From the NCBI RefSeq assembly GCF_003918875.1, contig NW_025767020.1, positions 1-64,000 of the forward strand: a stretch of DNA of 64,000 nucleotides, written 5' to 3'. The position numbers and the translations under genes are program-made. Below the pieces are notes generated by a model. It did no database searches, had not been told where the DNA came from, and saw only the letters and a program-made list of their open reading frames with translations. Of this stretch, positions 13,181 to 24,259 are shown piece by piece. Position 1 is the first letter of the stretch; every line of letters begins with the position of its first letter. This DNA comes from Haliotis rubra (Eukaryota).

Positions 13181-15213
13181 ACGAATAGATACACCACTCT
13201 TAATACAAGCGGGAAGCAATCATCGTATGGGTAAAAGCACATAACCACAGACCCATCGCCCTAAAGATCGTCAAAGCACTTCTGTTTGGTATCACATGTG
13301 TCATAAGTTTATATAAATCACCACACCGCATCGTGACAAGTACATCTACGCAAGTACAAAAGCCACAACCACATCGGCACCTGTGTCACCACAACGCCTA
13401 CAGACGTCCCCACCTCGATTACAGACAGTCCGCCTACCACGCCAACACAGTGGCCCTCATCCCGCCTCCGCAAAGGCAATCTATGACAACCATCTGTTTC
13501 TAACACACCTTCACACATATCACTGTCACTATCGAGACATGTCCACAAAAGTCCCTACCATGCCTAGAGTTACATGTACCTATACATTTACTCGATTATC
13601 ACATTAACCAAAATTCCAGACAGTGCGAGACAGTATATTTTGACTTGTGGATTTGTCAAATTGGCTGGAAAATAGTATCGTATAACCAGATGAACAAGCG
13701 ATCCATGACATCCATCTGGAGTTATCAACGTTACTATGTCTACATGTAGATAGTTAAGCAGTTCAAGTTCACAACATATGGTGATTAGTCTGGGGATCAT
13801 GATAGAAATAGAAACAGTTAATTGACTGGTATACTGTGGCTGATCATGACTAACATCCGCGCAAAGATAGCCTGTCCAGTGTCATGTATAATGTGTGTAA
13901 AAATAGGCCTGCAGATCCATGTGAAATTTAATTATTGACTTGATCAGTTTATTCCCAAAGGAACACTTCTATTTTCGTACAATATTGCATATATCAATTT
14001 CGGGTTACGTTTCAAACTCTCCTGAGGACATGCCGCATTTGGAGGCAAGTTCCTGACCAAGGATTCTTTTCTTTGTGAATGTTTGGTACAGTACGACATA
14101 ACAAGTATGTTGCAGAGAAGTAAATGTGTTGTGGCAAATTTTGGGTAGATTGACATTATTGTCAAAATCAAACATGGTTTAATGTAAAATGTACCTTTGA
14201 TGAGGTTGATAAGTTGTGACATCGTGTTTGTGAGGGTGACAGTAAAATCCGTCCATACATTAGACAGAACATACTGATATTTTTTTAAGGTTGGTACAGA
14301 TAAGCCTAAGACATATGCATTAAGATTTACGGGGGAGAGCAAGATGGGACATGGGACGGTGACTTAAGTCATAAACGTTGAGAAAATATAAAATGTACAC
14401 GCCAAGTGTGTACGGCTGATGAACGAAACTCGCACAACATTCACCCCGATCTTCCACGGAATACAGCGAGCACTATGCCGGACAAGCTGCAGCAGTGAAG
14501 ACTATCCTTGAAGATCCAAGTTATAATTGCTCTTCAGCAACCCATGCTTGTGGTAACAATCGACTGACAAGATAGGGTGTTTCGTGTAATATAAATAAAC
14601 GAACTGAGGGCCTCAAACCGTGGCCATGATGTACTTCACACGCCACGGTGATACATTGTTTCGTTAGGTTTTCGCTCTCAGTTCGATTCTTGATGGACAG
14701 TTAAGGTTCACAGGAGTACATTAATGCATATCCTTTCGATAAAAAGATCACCCAACACCACATATTTCTTTGATTATCCATCCGGAACATATTGTATTCG
14801 AACACTAACATCCTTCATCATTTCGATCCCAAAAAATTGTCAGCACTGCCTGATTCAACAATTGAGATATCTTATACAACGCATTAGAAGCCTTGTAGAA
14901 TAATGATCGACGGCTGATAACGTACTCTTTTTATCACGAAGATCATCTGTTTGTTAGCCTAGGTCTCCCAAAGATTCAACCCCTCTTAACAAGCGATCAA
15001 GGAATAACACACTCGTTTGAAAAACGGATTCAATCGGTTTGACCATGTTGTTATGGAGTGATATAACTGACAGAAGACACATGAAGTATTGTTTTCATCC
15101 AGTGAGCTCAAAGGGTCAGTCCTCTGCCTCAGAGAGAAAGGATTTATGTCTGAGCAAACCAGGCAGACTGTTTCCAGTAAATTTTTCTCAACAAGAATGT
15201 GTCGAGGTTGCAT
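13181..15213 (-). pseudogene. TLR-like pseudogene paralog f (copy 1)
   Basis: tttcag|ATG at 15213; LRR-like fragments (QLINLIKGTF, FDFDNN); LRR-CT-like NVDNSRWMSW..SLVHLVIRY; Val/Gly-rich TM (VGVVGGLSVIEVGTSVGVVV); start of TIR (RWV). Confidence 0.6.
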
Positions 15214-15285
15214 CTGAAATGTGAGATCATGAGTGCAAGTAAGTGTGAGGAGTGAGGAAAATAATGACCATTTTGATACACTTAC

Positions 15286-15397
15286 CTTGAGACATTTTCT
15301 TTCTTCGTTTGAACCGGGAACTGATTTGGCCTCGTGGAACGGCCGTGGGTGTACTGTTGTGGATCCTCTTGAGACGAATGGTCTGTAGCTGTTTACC
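15286..15397 (-). other. Small upstream (probably 5'-UTR) exon of paralog f
   Basis: ttttag|GGTAAACAG..CTCAAG|gtaagt; a 72-nt GT-AG intron (15214-15285) leads to the ATG. Paralogous copies at 17590, 31856, 57700 and 62510. Confidence 0.6.
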
Positions 15398-15549
15398 CTA
15401 AAATACAGACAAAGCAATAAGTCATGATAATGACCCACAACATGAATGGTTATTCAAACCTAATGTAACTGCGTGTGAGGACTATTCATGTCGACACGTC
15501 AACTCACTCCCCAACTCTCAAGTGCATATACACGCAAGGTGTATGTATG

Positions 15550-15996
15550 AATGTTTGCTTGTTGTTTAACACAGCACTCAGCCATAGTCCAGCTATATGG
15601 CGGCGGTCTGCAAATAATCGTGTCTAGAAAAGACATTCCAGTGATCAAAAGCATGAGCATCGACCTACGCAACTAGGATACAGTGACATGCATCAAACAT
15701 GTCAAACCTGACCACCCGATCCCCTTAGTCGCCTCTTTCGACAAGCATTGGCTTCTGATCTTCACTGGCATTGATTGGACTTAAGACTTCGACATGATTA
15801 CAAGTTCGACTACCGCTGAATTTCTTTTGAATTTTCATGGGGCGGTGGGGTAGCCTAGTGGTTAAAGCGTTCGCTCGCCACGCCGAAAACCTTGGTTCGA
15901 TTCCCAACATGGGCCCATTTCTGCTGTCCCCCGCCGTGATATTGCTGCAATATTGCTAAAAGCGGCGTAAAACCAAACTCACTCATTCACTCACTC
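15550..15996. mobile_element. SINE family 2 (15550-15765, -) and family 1 (15839-15996, +)
   Basis: GGGGCGGTGGGGTAGCCTAGTGGTTAAAGCG..GGTTCGATTCCC head (A/B boxes), (ACTC)n tail. Confidence 0.85.
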
Positions 15997-16734
15997 GTAT
16001 GAATTTTCATATCTCATTTATGTGGAATGATGTACTTTCTCTTAAAATGATCACAGCAAAAATATATTAGTTACCGTTCTTGCGGAAACCTACTGGATAT
16101 TGGGTAATGTTGGTTTCCGCTCAGTTTCAGTATCCGGAAACAAACAATGAGAGTTTCCGCATAGTTTATAAAACTGAAACTAACACGTGTAGGTTTCCAT
16201 CATGTTTCTACAACTGAAACTGTCATTGGGTGTTTCCATTTAGTTTCAGTTCACTTTAACTTTCATAGCTAAAATAACTTAGTTAGCAGATAGCAATTTA
16301 TTGCACTCGATCCCCTTTGCCTGGGAATCCAGCAGACTCAGTCGACACTGGACTCGGCAAGAATTTATAGTGCCACTGCCCGCGCTAAGGCAAACATGAA
16401 AACGAGGATGAGGCATCCAACAAAAATAACAGAAGGATCTCCGCCCAAGGATGCCCCTGAGTGGGCTATTGAATAGCTGTACATGATTAATTTAGTAAAA
16501 CATATATTAAATTTAAAAAAAAATAATTTCATTTCATTTTTAATGCAACTTTATTCATTTCAGGACATTGTTTTTCATTTCAATACAATTTTATTTATTT
16601 TCAATGCAATTTTATTTTCAATTTAATCTTAATTATTTATTGTATTTTATTTCATATTGTATTGCAAGCAAATAGATGAACGGGAGATAACTCTAAATCT
16701 GTTTTTCTTGTCAGCAAAATGTAGCGATGGCTAC

Positions 16735-16816
16735 ATGTACCCTCGTTGTTTGTTTATGTTCCCTGAACCCAAAGGTCTTTGGGCTGAGGGAACGTAAACA
16801 AACAACGAGGGTACAT
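16735..16816. repeat. 82-bp hairpin (40-bp arms, 37/40 complementary, 2-nt loop)
   Basis: atgtaccctcgttgtttgtttatgttccctgaacccaaag-gt-ctttgggctgagggaacgtaaacaaacaacgagggtacat. Confidence 0.9.
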
Positions 16817-17589
16817 CAACCCATGGGCCCCTCGTGACCAGTGAACAACTTATAATATCACGAGTGGCCATGCGCTTCCTCCAAAGTCGAATAACAATCG
16901 TGTGGCTAATGTTCAAGTCAACGCCGATGTTATTAATGCCAGTAACTTGCCGTTGCCATGGTGTATTTTCAGAAAGAAAGAAATTACAAAAATGCCCTTG
17001 GATTCAGGTGGTGCTTAATTAATATTTATGTGTATATATGATTGAAATCGCACATTGGATCCTTCTTTCACTAGAGCTCTGTTATGATCACGGAGAAAAG
17101 CATCAACTTCAGCGGATTAGACAGTTGAGTGGATTATTTTATTGAATCTATCTTGCCGATTGATGGTTACAGCGAGTGGATAAGAGAGACATTCTCATGT
17201 TCATCATGAATATTTGCTGTTTGTCCCCTTAGGTCAACTGACTTAATTACTCCACATGACAAATAACCTCGCGAAAGAATAGCACCTCATTATCAGAAGT
17301 AATATAGTACCTCTGGTGTAGTTATATTCACGTAATATAGAAAAGTAGGAAACTTCACTAGTTCGACCACGTCTGGGTAAACTATCAGTCGGAAGTGAAG
17401 TCATTCATGAAATGGACAAAACGAGGATTACCAATTTAGAGGACAGTATCAAGGGCACATGTCGAAGCCAACACAGACTGGCTCTATCTTACCTGTCAAG
17501 AATATATTTTCTACAGGCCATGGTATTAAGTTAATAGCTTGAATTTCAGAGTGTCTTTATTTAGAATGAATGACCAGTGTGGTGCACTT

Positions 17590-17700
17590 AGCTCTGAGGC
17601 ACTGCTTGAACCCGGAAGTGAGATGGTGTGAGGGAGCGGATTCGGCATTACTGCTATAGATCCATTTAAGACGAATGGTCATTAACTGGCTATTTACCGT
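17590..17700 (-). other. Orphan paralog of the small leader exon (donor mutated to ctaagt)
   Basis: GGTAAATAG..ACCATTCGTCTTAA..ACTTCCGGGTTCAA, similar to 15286-15397 and 57700-57812. Confidence 0.55.
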
Positions 17701-17820
17701 AGATACAGAACACTTTAAGCCATGATAATGAGCTCCAATGTGTTGCAGGTTAAGTCACGGAAGTGGCTGATGGGTGACCTTCGGAGAGAGTCATGCACGT
17801 ACGGCTGCTTATTGTAGGGG

Positions 17821-18151
17821 CAGTGTGCGAAATAGTTTCCAAATTTTGCTAGAATGTAGGGCTAGCGCTGCCTGAAAGTTACTAGCCCACAAAATAATTC
17901 ACTAGCCCGAAATTTGAATGCAGACACGGGTTTCATCATTAAGCTGCTAGTATGATGAACATTTTTATCAGGTCATAATCTTACATGATTTAAAAGTATA
18001 TTATAACTTAACAAGTCGAAGAGAGTGATATGTTTACAAAATGATCCCATAAAAATTCACTAGCTAAACCGGCCAGTGACTGTAGATTTACTGGCCCGAC
18101 TTGATTTTTACTAGCCACGGGCTAGCGGGCCAGTGGCTATTTCGCACACTG
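17821..18151. mobile_element. Non-autonomous hAT MITE
   Basis: Perfect 15-bp TIR cagtgtgcgaaatag/ctatttcgcacactg; 8-bp TSD tgtagggg; internal ctagcc repeats. Confidence 0.92.
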
Positions 18152-18159
18152 TGTAGGGG

Positions 18160-18345
18160 ACTGACTGACTGAGTGAGTGAGTGAGTATAGGTTTACGCCG
18201 CACTCAGTAATATTCAAGCTTTATCGCGGCAGTCTGTAAATAATCGAGTCTGGACAAGACAAACCAGTGATCAACAGCATGAGCATCGATGTACGCAATT
18301 GGGATACGATGACATGTGTCCCCAAATCAGCGAGCCTGACAACAA
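18160..18345 (-). mobile_element. SINE family 2
   Basis: Matches other copies; (TGAG)n tail. Confidence 0.8.
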
Positions 18346-18555
18346 ACAAAGCAAAACACTTTCGAAATGCTACTTGTTACAGGTTGCAATATCTCTTGAA
18401 ATATGAATGGTAGAAATGGGTTTTATGCGATTTTAAAGACTGCAACTACAATGTTATAAATCAACATTTCATTCACTAAATCGAAACAGTATGCTTGTCA
18501 TTCTATAATATACTACCCATCAAAAGTTAAGACTCACTTAAAGCACTCACTATAT

Positions 18556-18556
<1 letters not shown>

Positions 18557-18638
<82 letters not shown>
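18557..18638. repeat. Compound (TATG)n(TG)n microsatellite
   Basis: Direct observation. Confidence 0.97.
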
Positions 18639-18641
<3 letters not shown>

Positions 18642-18949
18642 GAAAGTGATGAGAATACCGAGCGCCCTGTGATTATTTCAGAAACTTCTTCTTATATATA
18701 TACGGTTACATCGAAGATGAATTTCTCCACTAGCTTAGGGGAACCATCTGCAAACCTTATGCAGATAAATTGCACGAGGTACATGCATCAATTTTCTGAT
18801 AGTACATGAACTGTACATATATTGAACCAGATGGTGGTCTCGCAGATTGTTCTAACCTTCAACAGCCGTACACGAGGTCAAGGAAACCCGACAACAATTC
18901 CAGTCAGTTAAATGAAGAAAAATATTGGAAATAAGCCCAGAGAACAATT

Positions 18950-19330
18950 TGACACATGTAATTTAGCAGTTTGTGCCACCATAAAAAGAGAATGAATCCC
19001 TACTGATGCAGTGTAAGTGTAAAAGAATGGTCATTGGCACAGATTGATGCAATCGATTTAACGCAAGGTTGGATTGTCGGAAGTTACAATGACTTACATA
19101 GAGCAGTTTGTGGGTTTCACAATTTCTGTAAGAATGATAGGCTAAAAGCATGTTATCTCGGTTCGATCTCATTCAATTTCCATAGATTCTCCTCATTTTG
19201 ACAGGAAGAGTTTTGTGTTGAAAGTTTAACGTGCAATGTGGCGCCTAAATGAACATGAGAACATGCGTAAATCACCCTCGATCAGCTACATGTATTCACA
19301 TCAAGGACATGACACTCAATCTTTCAAATA
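18950..19330 (-). pseudogene. TIR-end remnant paralogous to a/e
   Basis: Shares tgtgccaccataaaaag..atgaatccctactgatgc..tggtcattggcacagattg with 1021, 12450 and 58915. Confidence 0.55.
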
Positions 19331-19379
19331 ATTATCTTAGGCAGAATGAAGTGGAGACTCTTTACTGAATTAGCAAAAT

Positions 19380-19705
19380 TGGTTGGTTTGTTCTTTGGTT
19401 CGCTGTTTAACACCGCACTTGGCGGCGGTCTGTAAATAATCGAGTCTGAACCAGACAATCCAGTCACTGACATCATTGCGCAATTGGGATACGATGACAT
19501 GTGTCAACCAGGTCAGCGATCCTGACCTCTCGATCCTGTTAGTTGCCTTGTACGACAAGCATGGGTTGCTGAAGACCAATTCTAACCCGGAGCTTCACGG
19601 GTGAGGAATTAACAAAGCCTATTGATGATATTACTGAGGGGATCGAACCCGCGACTTTCCGTTCTCCGGGCGGACGCTCTAACCACTACACCACGGAGGC
19701 GATCA
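19380..19705 (-). mobile_element. SINE family 2 (19380-19602) plus tRNA-head SINE fragment (19637-19705)
   Basis: Similar to dispersed copies; the head matches 39530-39598. Confidence 0.8.
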
Positions 19706-19883
19706 GATAATATCTACAAGCATATTAACAATGTCCTGAAAACATATACAGTACAACCAGAAATTATTGAGAATTTAAAGATTGTAATTTTTAATATTTT
19801 TTTCACTCATTACTCACGTATTAAATGTGATTCTACTATGACTTCAGTGAACACTGGATTGTGATTGGTTAATTAAAGTCATT

Positions 19884-21454
19884 CAGAGGTATATAATCAC
19901 GTTATACAGGTCTCTGATTTTCCGTGCGCAATCATACATGGTTTACGGTAATGGACTATTTTTGTCTGCCCACCAACATGGCGGACACCAAACAACCTAC
20001 CGATGGATCGATAAATTACGGTGATTTTGCTGTCGGAAATTACAAATATGTCTTTAAAGATGGATTTAGCGATGACGGGCTCGACTCACTACTTGCGTAA
20101 ATCACAGCAATAGGTTGGCTCGTCACGCCAAAGACCGGGTTCGATTCCCCACATTTCCCCACCATTTCTGGTGTCCCCGCCGTGATATTGCTGGAATATT
20201 GCTAAAAGCGGCGTAAAACTAAACTCAGTCAGTCAGTCAGTCACAGCAATAGGTGTTTATACATACAAAAGTACTTCGAAAGCATGGAAACAAATATTCA
20301 GTCGAACAAGATCAAAACAACGTCTGCTTTCCGAATAAAAATTCAGCAAAAACAAATATGTTTACGTTGATTCTATGTTATTTCAGAATAGATCCAGCAA
20401 TAGACTGCTACATAATTTCCGTGTTAAATATATTATCAGCTTTCGTCAACGATATCGCCATTGATCTTGATCCGGTAACGGAGGATGCATTAACATCGAA
20501 CGCCGAAGAAATTTTAATGCCTTCCGTCCACATAAATAAACAGTTGGGTTATCAATTCAAACAAAATGATATTTTGAAATTTGTACTGTTTCAAATTTAG
20601 CGGTAGTAAAACACAATTACAGAATCTGCAAACCGTTCTGTTTAGCCCAACATTTTTTTTGGAAAAGTTATTTAGCTTAGTCATGATCCCTCTTTATCCA
20701 TTACACTGCTTGATCTAAAGTAGTCTATTAAAGTATAATTAATTCCCTTACCGTGTTTATGCCAGAAGTACACCCTCATGTCCTGATCCATCCTTTCGGA
20801 AATATCACCACAAATCTGGCTCTTTGTCAACAGACTCGCGAACATGCCAGCGAATCCGATTCAATTTGAATTCACTACACTTTGAAGCCACTAGGTCACA
20901 AAACACTTTCCAAAATGTAGAAAATAATATCCGTAGTTTGGAATTTGAGCACAAAGTACACACATGAGTGTGTAAGAGTCACCACAGCTGTCGCACGCAG
21001 GCGTAGAGGTGCGTGAAATCGTCAAGTTGACAGGGCGCAAAATTCAACAGTATCTAAATTCGGTACAACACGGACTTCTCGTTACAGCAAACGCGCCTCT
21101 ACTCTTAAATTTTGTACCAGTACCAGTAATTAGATATCAAAGACTATCTCAGTCAAACAATCAGGTTAACCTTGCGCAAACTGTCAGAGGCTCTCCTGTC
21201 GCATCTTTCCAAATTTGCACGTAAATGTAAACAATGACTTCCGAGAAAAGGTCAAGGCCATGAGGTTGCTGCCATTATTCTGGTGGGGAAAGGGTCTACG
21301 GCGGAATTTTCAAATGTGAACCAAGCTTTTTAAACTTATTTGATATATGTTTTCCAATTTATCAGTTAATGATTGGTGATTGATGCATTGAAAAAACAAA
21401 ACGTTCGGTTTTAAATGAAATTTAGAGCTATTATAATTTCGTTATATACCTCTG
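19884..21454 (+). mobile_element. Crypton-like tyrosine-recombinase element (degenerate) nested in Tc1
   Basis: Ends cagaggtatataa / ttatatacctctg. Plus-strand remnants RVYARSTPSCP..SFRKY, KPLGHK..KM, KYTH.CVRVT..LSHAGVEVREIVKLTG(R)K..LNS(Y) resemble Crypton/DUF3504 recombinases. Confidence 0.75.
20116..20240 (+). mobile_element. 5'-truncated SINE family 1 inside the Crypton-like element
   Basis: 14-bp TSD tcacagcaataggt (20102-20115, 20241-20254). Confidence 0.9.
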
Positions 21455-21527
21455 ATTTTCCCACACAGTAGGTTTATCTCCTAAATATTAGCAGAACATA
21501 ACTCCAGATTCAAAGACAGGTGAACAG

Positions 21528-22507
21528 TTAGTATTTTGTCTAGTCACCATGGGCAGCAATGCAGGCTTCAATGCGTCGGGGCATACTACTGATCAAAGAA
21601 GTTAGAAAGTCGTGGTCCATGCTGTCCCAATATCGGACCACCTCTTCTTTCATTTCAGCAATATTTGTCAGATTTTTCTTATTGACACTTTCCTTCATAA
21701 CTCACCAAACATTTTCTATTGGATTTAGGTCATGGCTATAGCTTGGCCAATCTAATAATGTCATATTTTGGGTCCGAAACCAGGCCTGTGAATGCTTTGA
21801 ACAATGTTTTGGGTCGTTGTCCTGCTGGAAAATCCAAAATTTCCATAGAACACGTGAGCAGATGGAAGTAAATGTCCCTCGAGAATATCTGTGTACCGCT
21901 CACTGTTCATATTCCCTTCAAATACACAGAGGGGCGTTGCCCCTAACACAGATATGCCACCCCACACGTTAAATTTTGGACTGTACTTTGGGCGCTGATA
22001 CTAAGGTTTTTCAGTTTGTTTGGTCCAGAATTTCAGTATATTAGGAAACAACCACACAGAACTTTCATCTGAGAAAACCTCATTGTCCCAGTTAAAATGT
22101 CTATGCTGTAAGCACCAGTTCAACCTTCGCTCCAATTGTTCAGGTTTCATGATCGGTGATGGAATTCCTCGACTTTTCTGCCAACCCATTGCATGAAGCT
22201 CAGTTCTAATTGTCTCCTTACAGACAGCCACAGTTCCTCTATCAATCATATCCAGCCTTAAGTTTTCTAAACTCCTTCGTTTGTTTTTAGAAACAAGAAT
22301 ACCAAGCCGCCTTCTGTCACCGACAGTCAATTTTCTGGGCCTACCTGCGCCTCCCTGGTGCTCAATGCCATATCCATTTGCAATATTTTTCAAAACACGA
22401 TAAAGAGTGGACAAAGGGATGCCTGTTCTACTTGAAATCACCTTAGCTGGTCTGATGTCCTTGTTATAATACTCTAAAATCAACTTCCTCTTCTCTAAAT
22501 CATCCAT
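21528..22507 (-). pseudogene. Tc1 DD34E transposase, disrupted
   Basis: HTH region with GRPRKL, FSDES, QQDNDPKH-(34)-WPSYSHDLNPIENVW, SMPRRIEAC; contains stops and frameshifts. Confidence 0.93.
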
Positions 22508-22709
22508 ACTGAGGATCACTGAAAATGTCGTCTGCTAGCAAGTAAACAAAGGGGGGTAACTCTTCACAAACTAATGAAAAAGGATTAACGGAGTTGTTTC
22601 TCTGGAATGAAACCAAGCACTTGATAGCTGGTCAAGGTATTTTACACTGGAAATTCAATTAAACATATTCCTAAAATTCTCAATAATTTCTGATCATACT
22701 ATATGATCT

Positions 22710-23725
22710 GTGGAATGATGAGTGAGCTGTCTCTATGCCTCCACACATGCCAAAACCACGCCTAAACTCAAACCACCACCACGCCAACCTTACATGCCGC
22801 CACTAACCCACACACGCCACAACACCTTCACATACTAACGTACAGTTCACACATGCGGCTATCTCTCATGCACCGTCGTTGCCATGCTTAGAAATCACAT
22901 GTACCTATACATTTACTCGATTATCACAGTCACCCAATATCCAGACAGTGCAGATCATGAAACTTTCATAAACGGATTTATGAATTTTCTTGGAAAGTTG
23001 TATCGTATAACAAGACGAACAAGCGACCCCTGACATCCATCTGCAGTTATCAACGTTACGATGTCTAGAAGTAGATAGTTACCCAGTTCAAGTTGAGAAT
23101 CTATGATGAGTAGTCTGGAGATCACCATAAAAACAGAAAATGTTCATTGGCTGCTAAACGGTAGCTGACCAGCAATCACATTAAAGAAGGAGGTAGCTTG
23201 TGTAGTTTCTAAATAAATATGGCCGTTACAGGTGCAGTATTGACTCAACCAATGTGATCCCATGGTTCAACATTTTCACTTACGCTTCGAACTTTCGTGA
23301 ATACATGGCACATCATGATTCAAGAACTTTTCTGACAGTCAATACGCAAGAGAAATATCATTGTCAGAACAAAAAATATGGTTTAGGTTTGGACGATTGG
23401 TCTTGACACTGTGTCTGCAAGCTTGTTCGTAAAATATGTTTACACAGTTGAAACAAGGTGGATTCTGGGAGGTTATATATAAACTTCTCTAACGCATGTC
23501 AATGTTTTGAGGCGAATATGGACTGCCATGCATCAAGTTCGTGAGTGTGTTGGACCGTTTTGAACAAATGACGAAAATCATAAAGTTCAGTATAAAACAT
23601 AAATCAAGAGGATAATTAAAGTGGGGTCAAGTTTAGGCTTCTAACGCCAGAGTTCTATTATTGCTGATGAACCACACCGTGCACTGCGACTGTACGTCGC
23701 CTGAAACCCACAGGTCATCGTGTTC
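22710..23725 (-). pseudogene. TLR-like pseudogene paralog c (copy 2, N-terminus missing)
   Basis: LKTLTCVREVYI (LRR-like); NVDNCRWMSG..SLVRLVIRYNFP (LRR-CT-like); homologous to 42960-44530. Confidence 0.6.
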
Positions 23726-24259
23726 ATAACGTAAAATGGAAAGATGAGTTTGCGATGAGTGGTGAAAAAGTCAAAGAAAACTATTTGTTGATTAATGTTA
23801 CAGATTATATATGTTTATGTGGCGTATATATGGACTCATGTTTTGTCCTCCGATGATATATCCTTTTGTTAGAAACAAATAGATTGATCAGAAGCTCCAG
23901 CCAGATGGAATATTCAAACTTCTAGACTTCACTCTGACTTTTGAACTACATAAAGGGTGAGTGGAGGAGGAAATAACATGGATTTTGGCATATACTGTTT
24001 TGTATCGAATGCCACCGGTGGGCCAGCACATGCTTATTCTTTTTGCTTACTCTTTTCACCTGATGTCATCTGTGATTTTTAATGATCCTTTCATATAATT
24101 TTCAAAGCTATTGCTTCCTTTACAGCAAACAGAATATGTTTCCGAGGATAGTTAAGACTGAGTATTCGTTTGCACTGACGTTCTACATATTGTTTTTTCC
24201 ACGCTTAAGAATACATTCTGTTACATGTGTGTAATTGATCCGGTTTTGTCCATAGTCTT

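Larger units (their letters stand above)
19749..22701 (-). mobile_element. Tc1/mariner transposon with nested insertion
   Basis: ~28-bp TIRs (cagtacaaccagaaattattgagaattt / aaattctcaataatttctgatcatacta) flanked by TA; ~1.4 kb after removing 19884-21454. Confidence 0.88.

Noticed and set aside
15839-15910. tRNA genes (A/B boxes, GGTTCGATTCCC)
   Set aside because: These are SINE heads: they are followed by a shared non-tRNA body, a microsatellite tail and TSDs.
20253-21230. Minus-strand LRR-like words (LDLF*NNI, RGAF)
   Set aside because: The region lies inside the Crypton-like element, where plus-strand recombinase motifs are much stronger. This shows short LRR-like matches can arise by chance.
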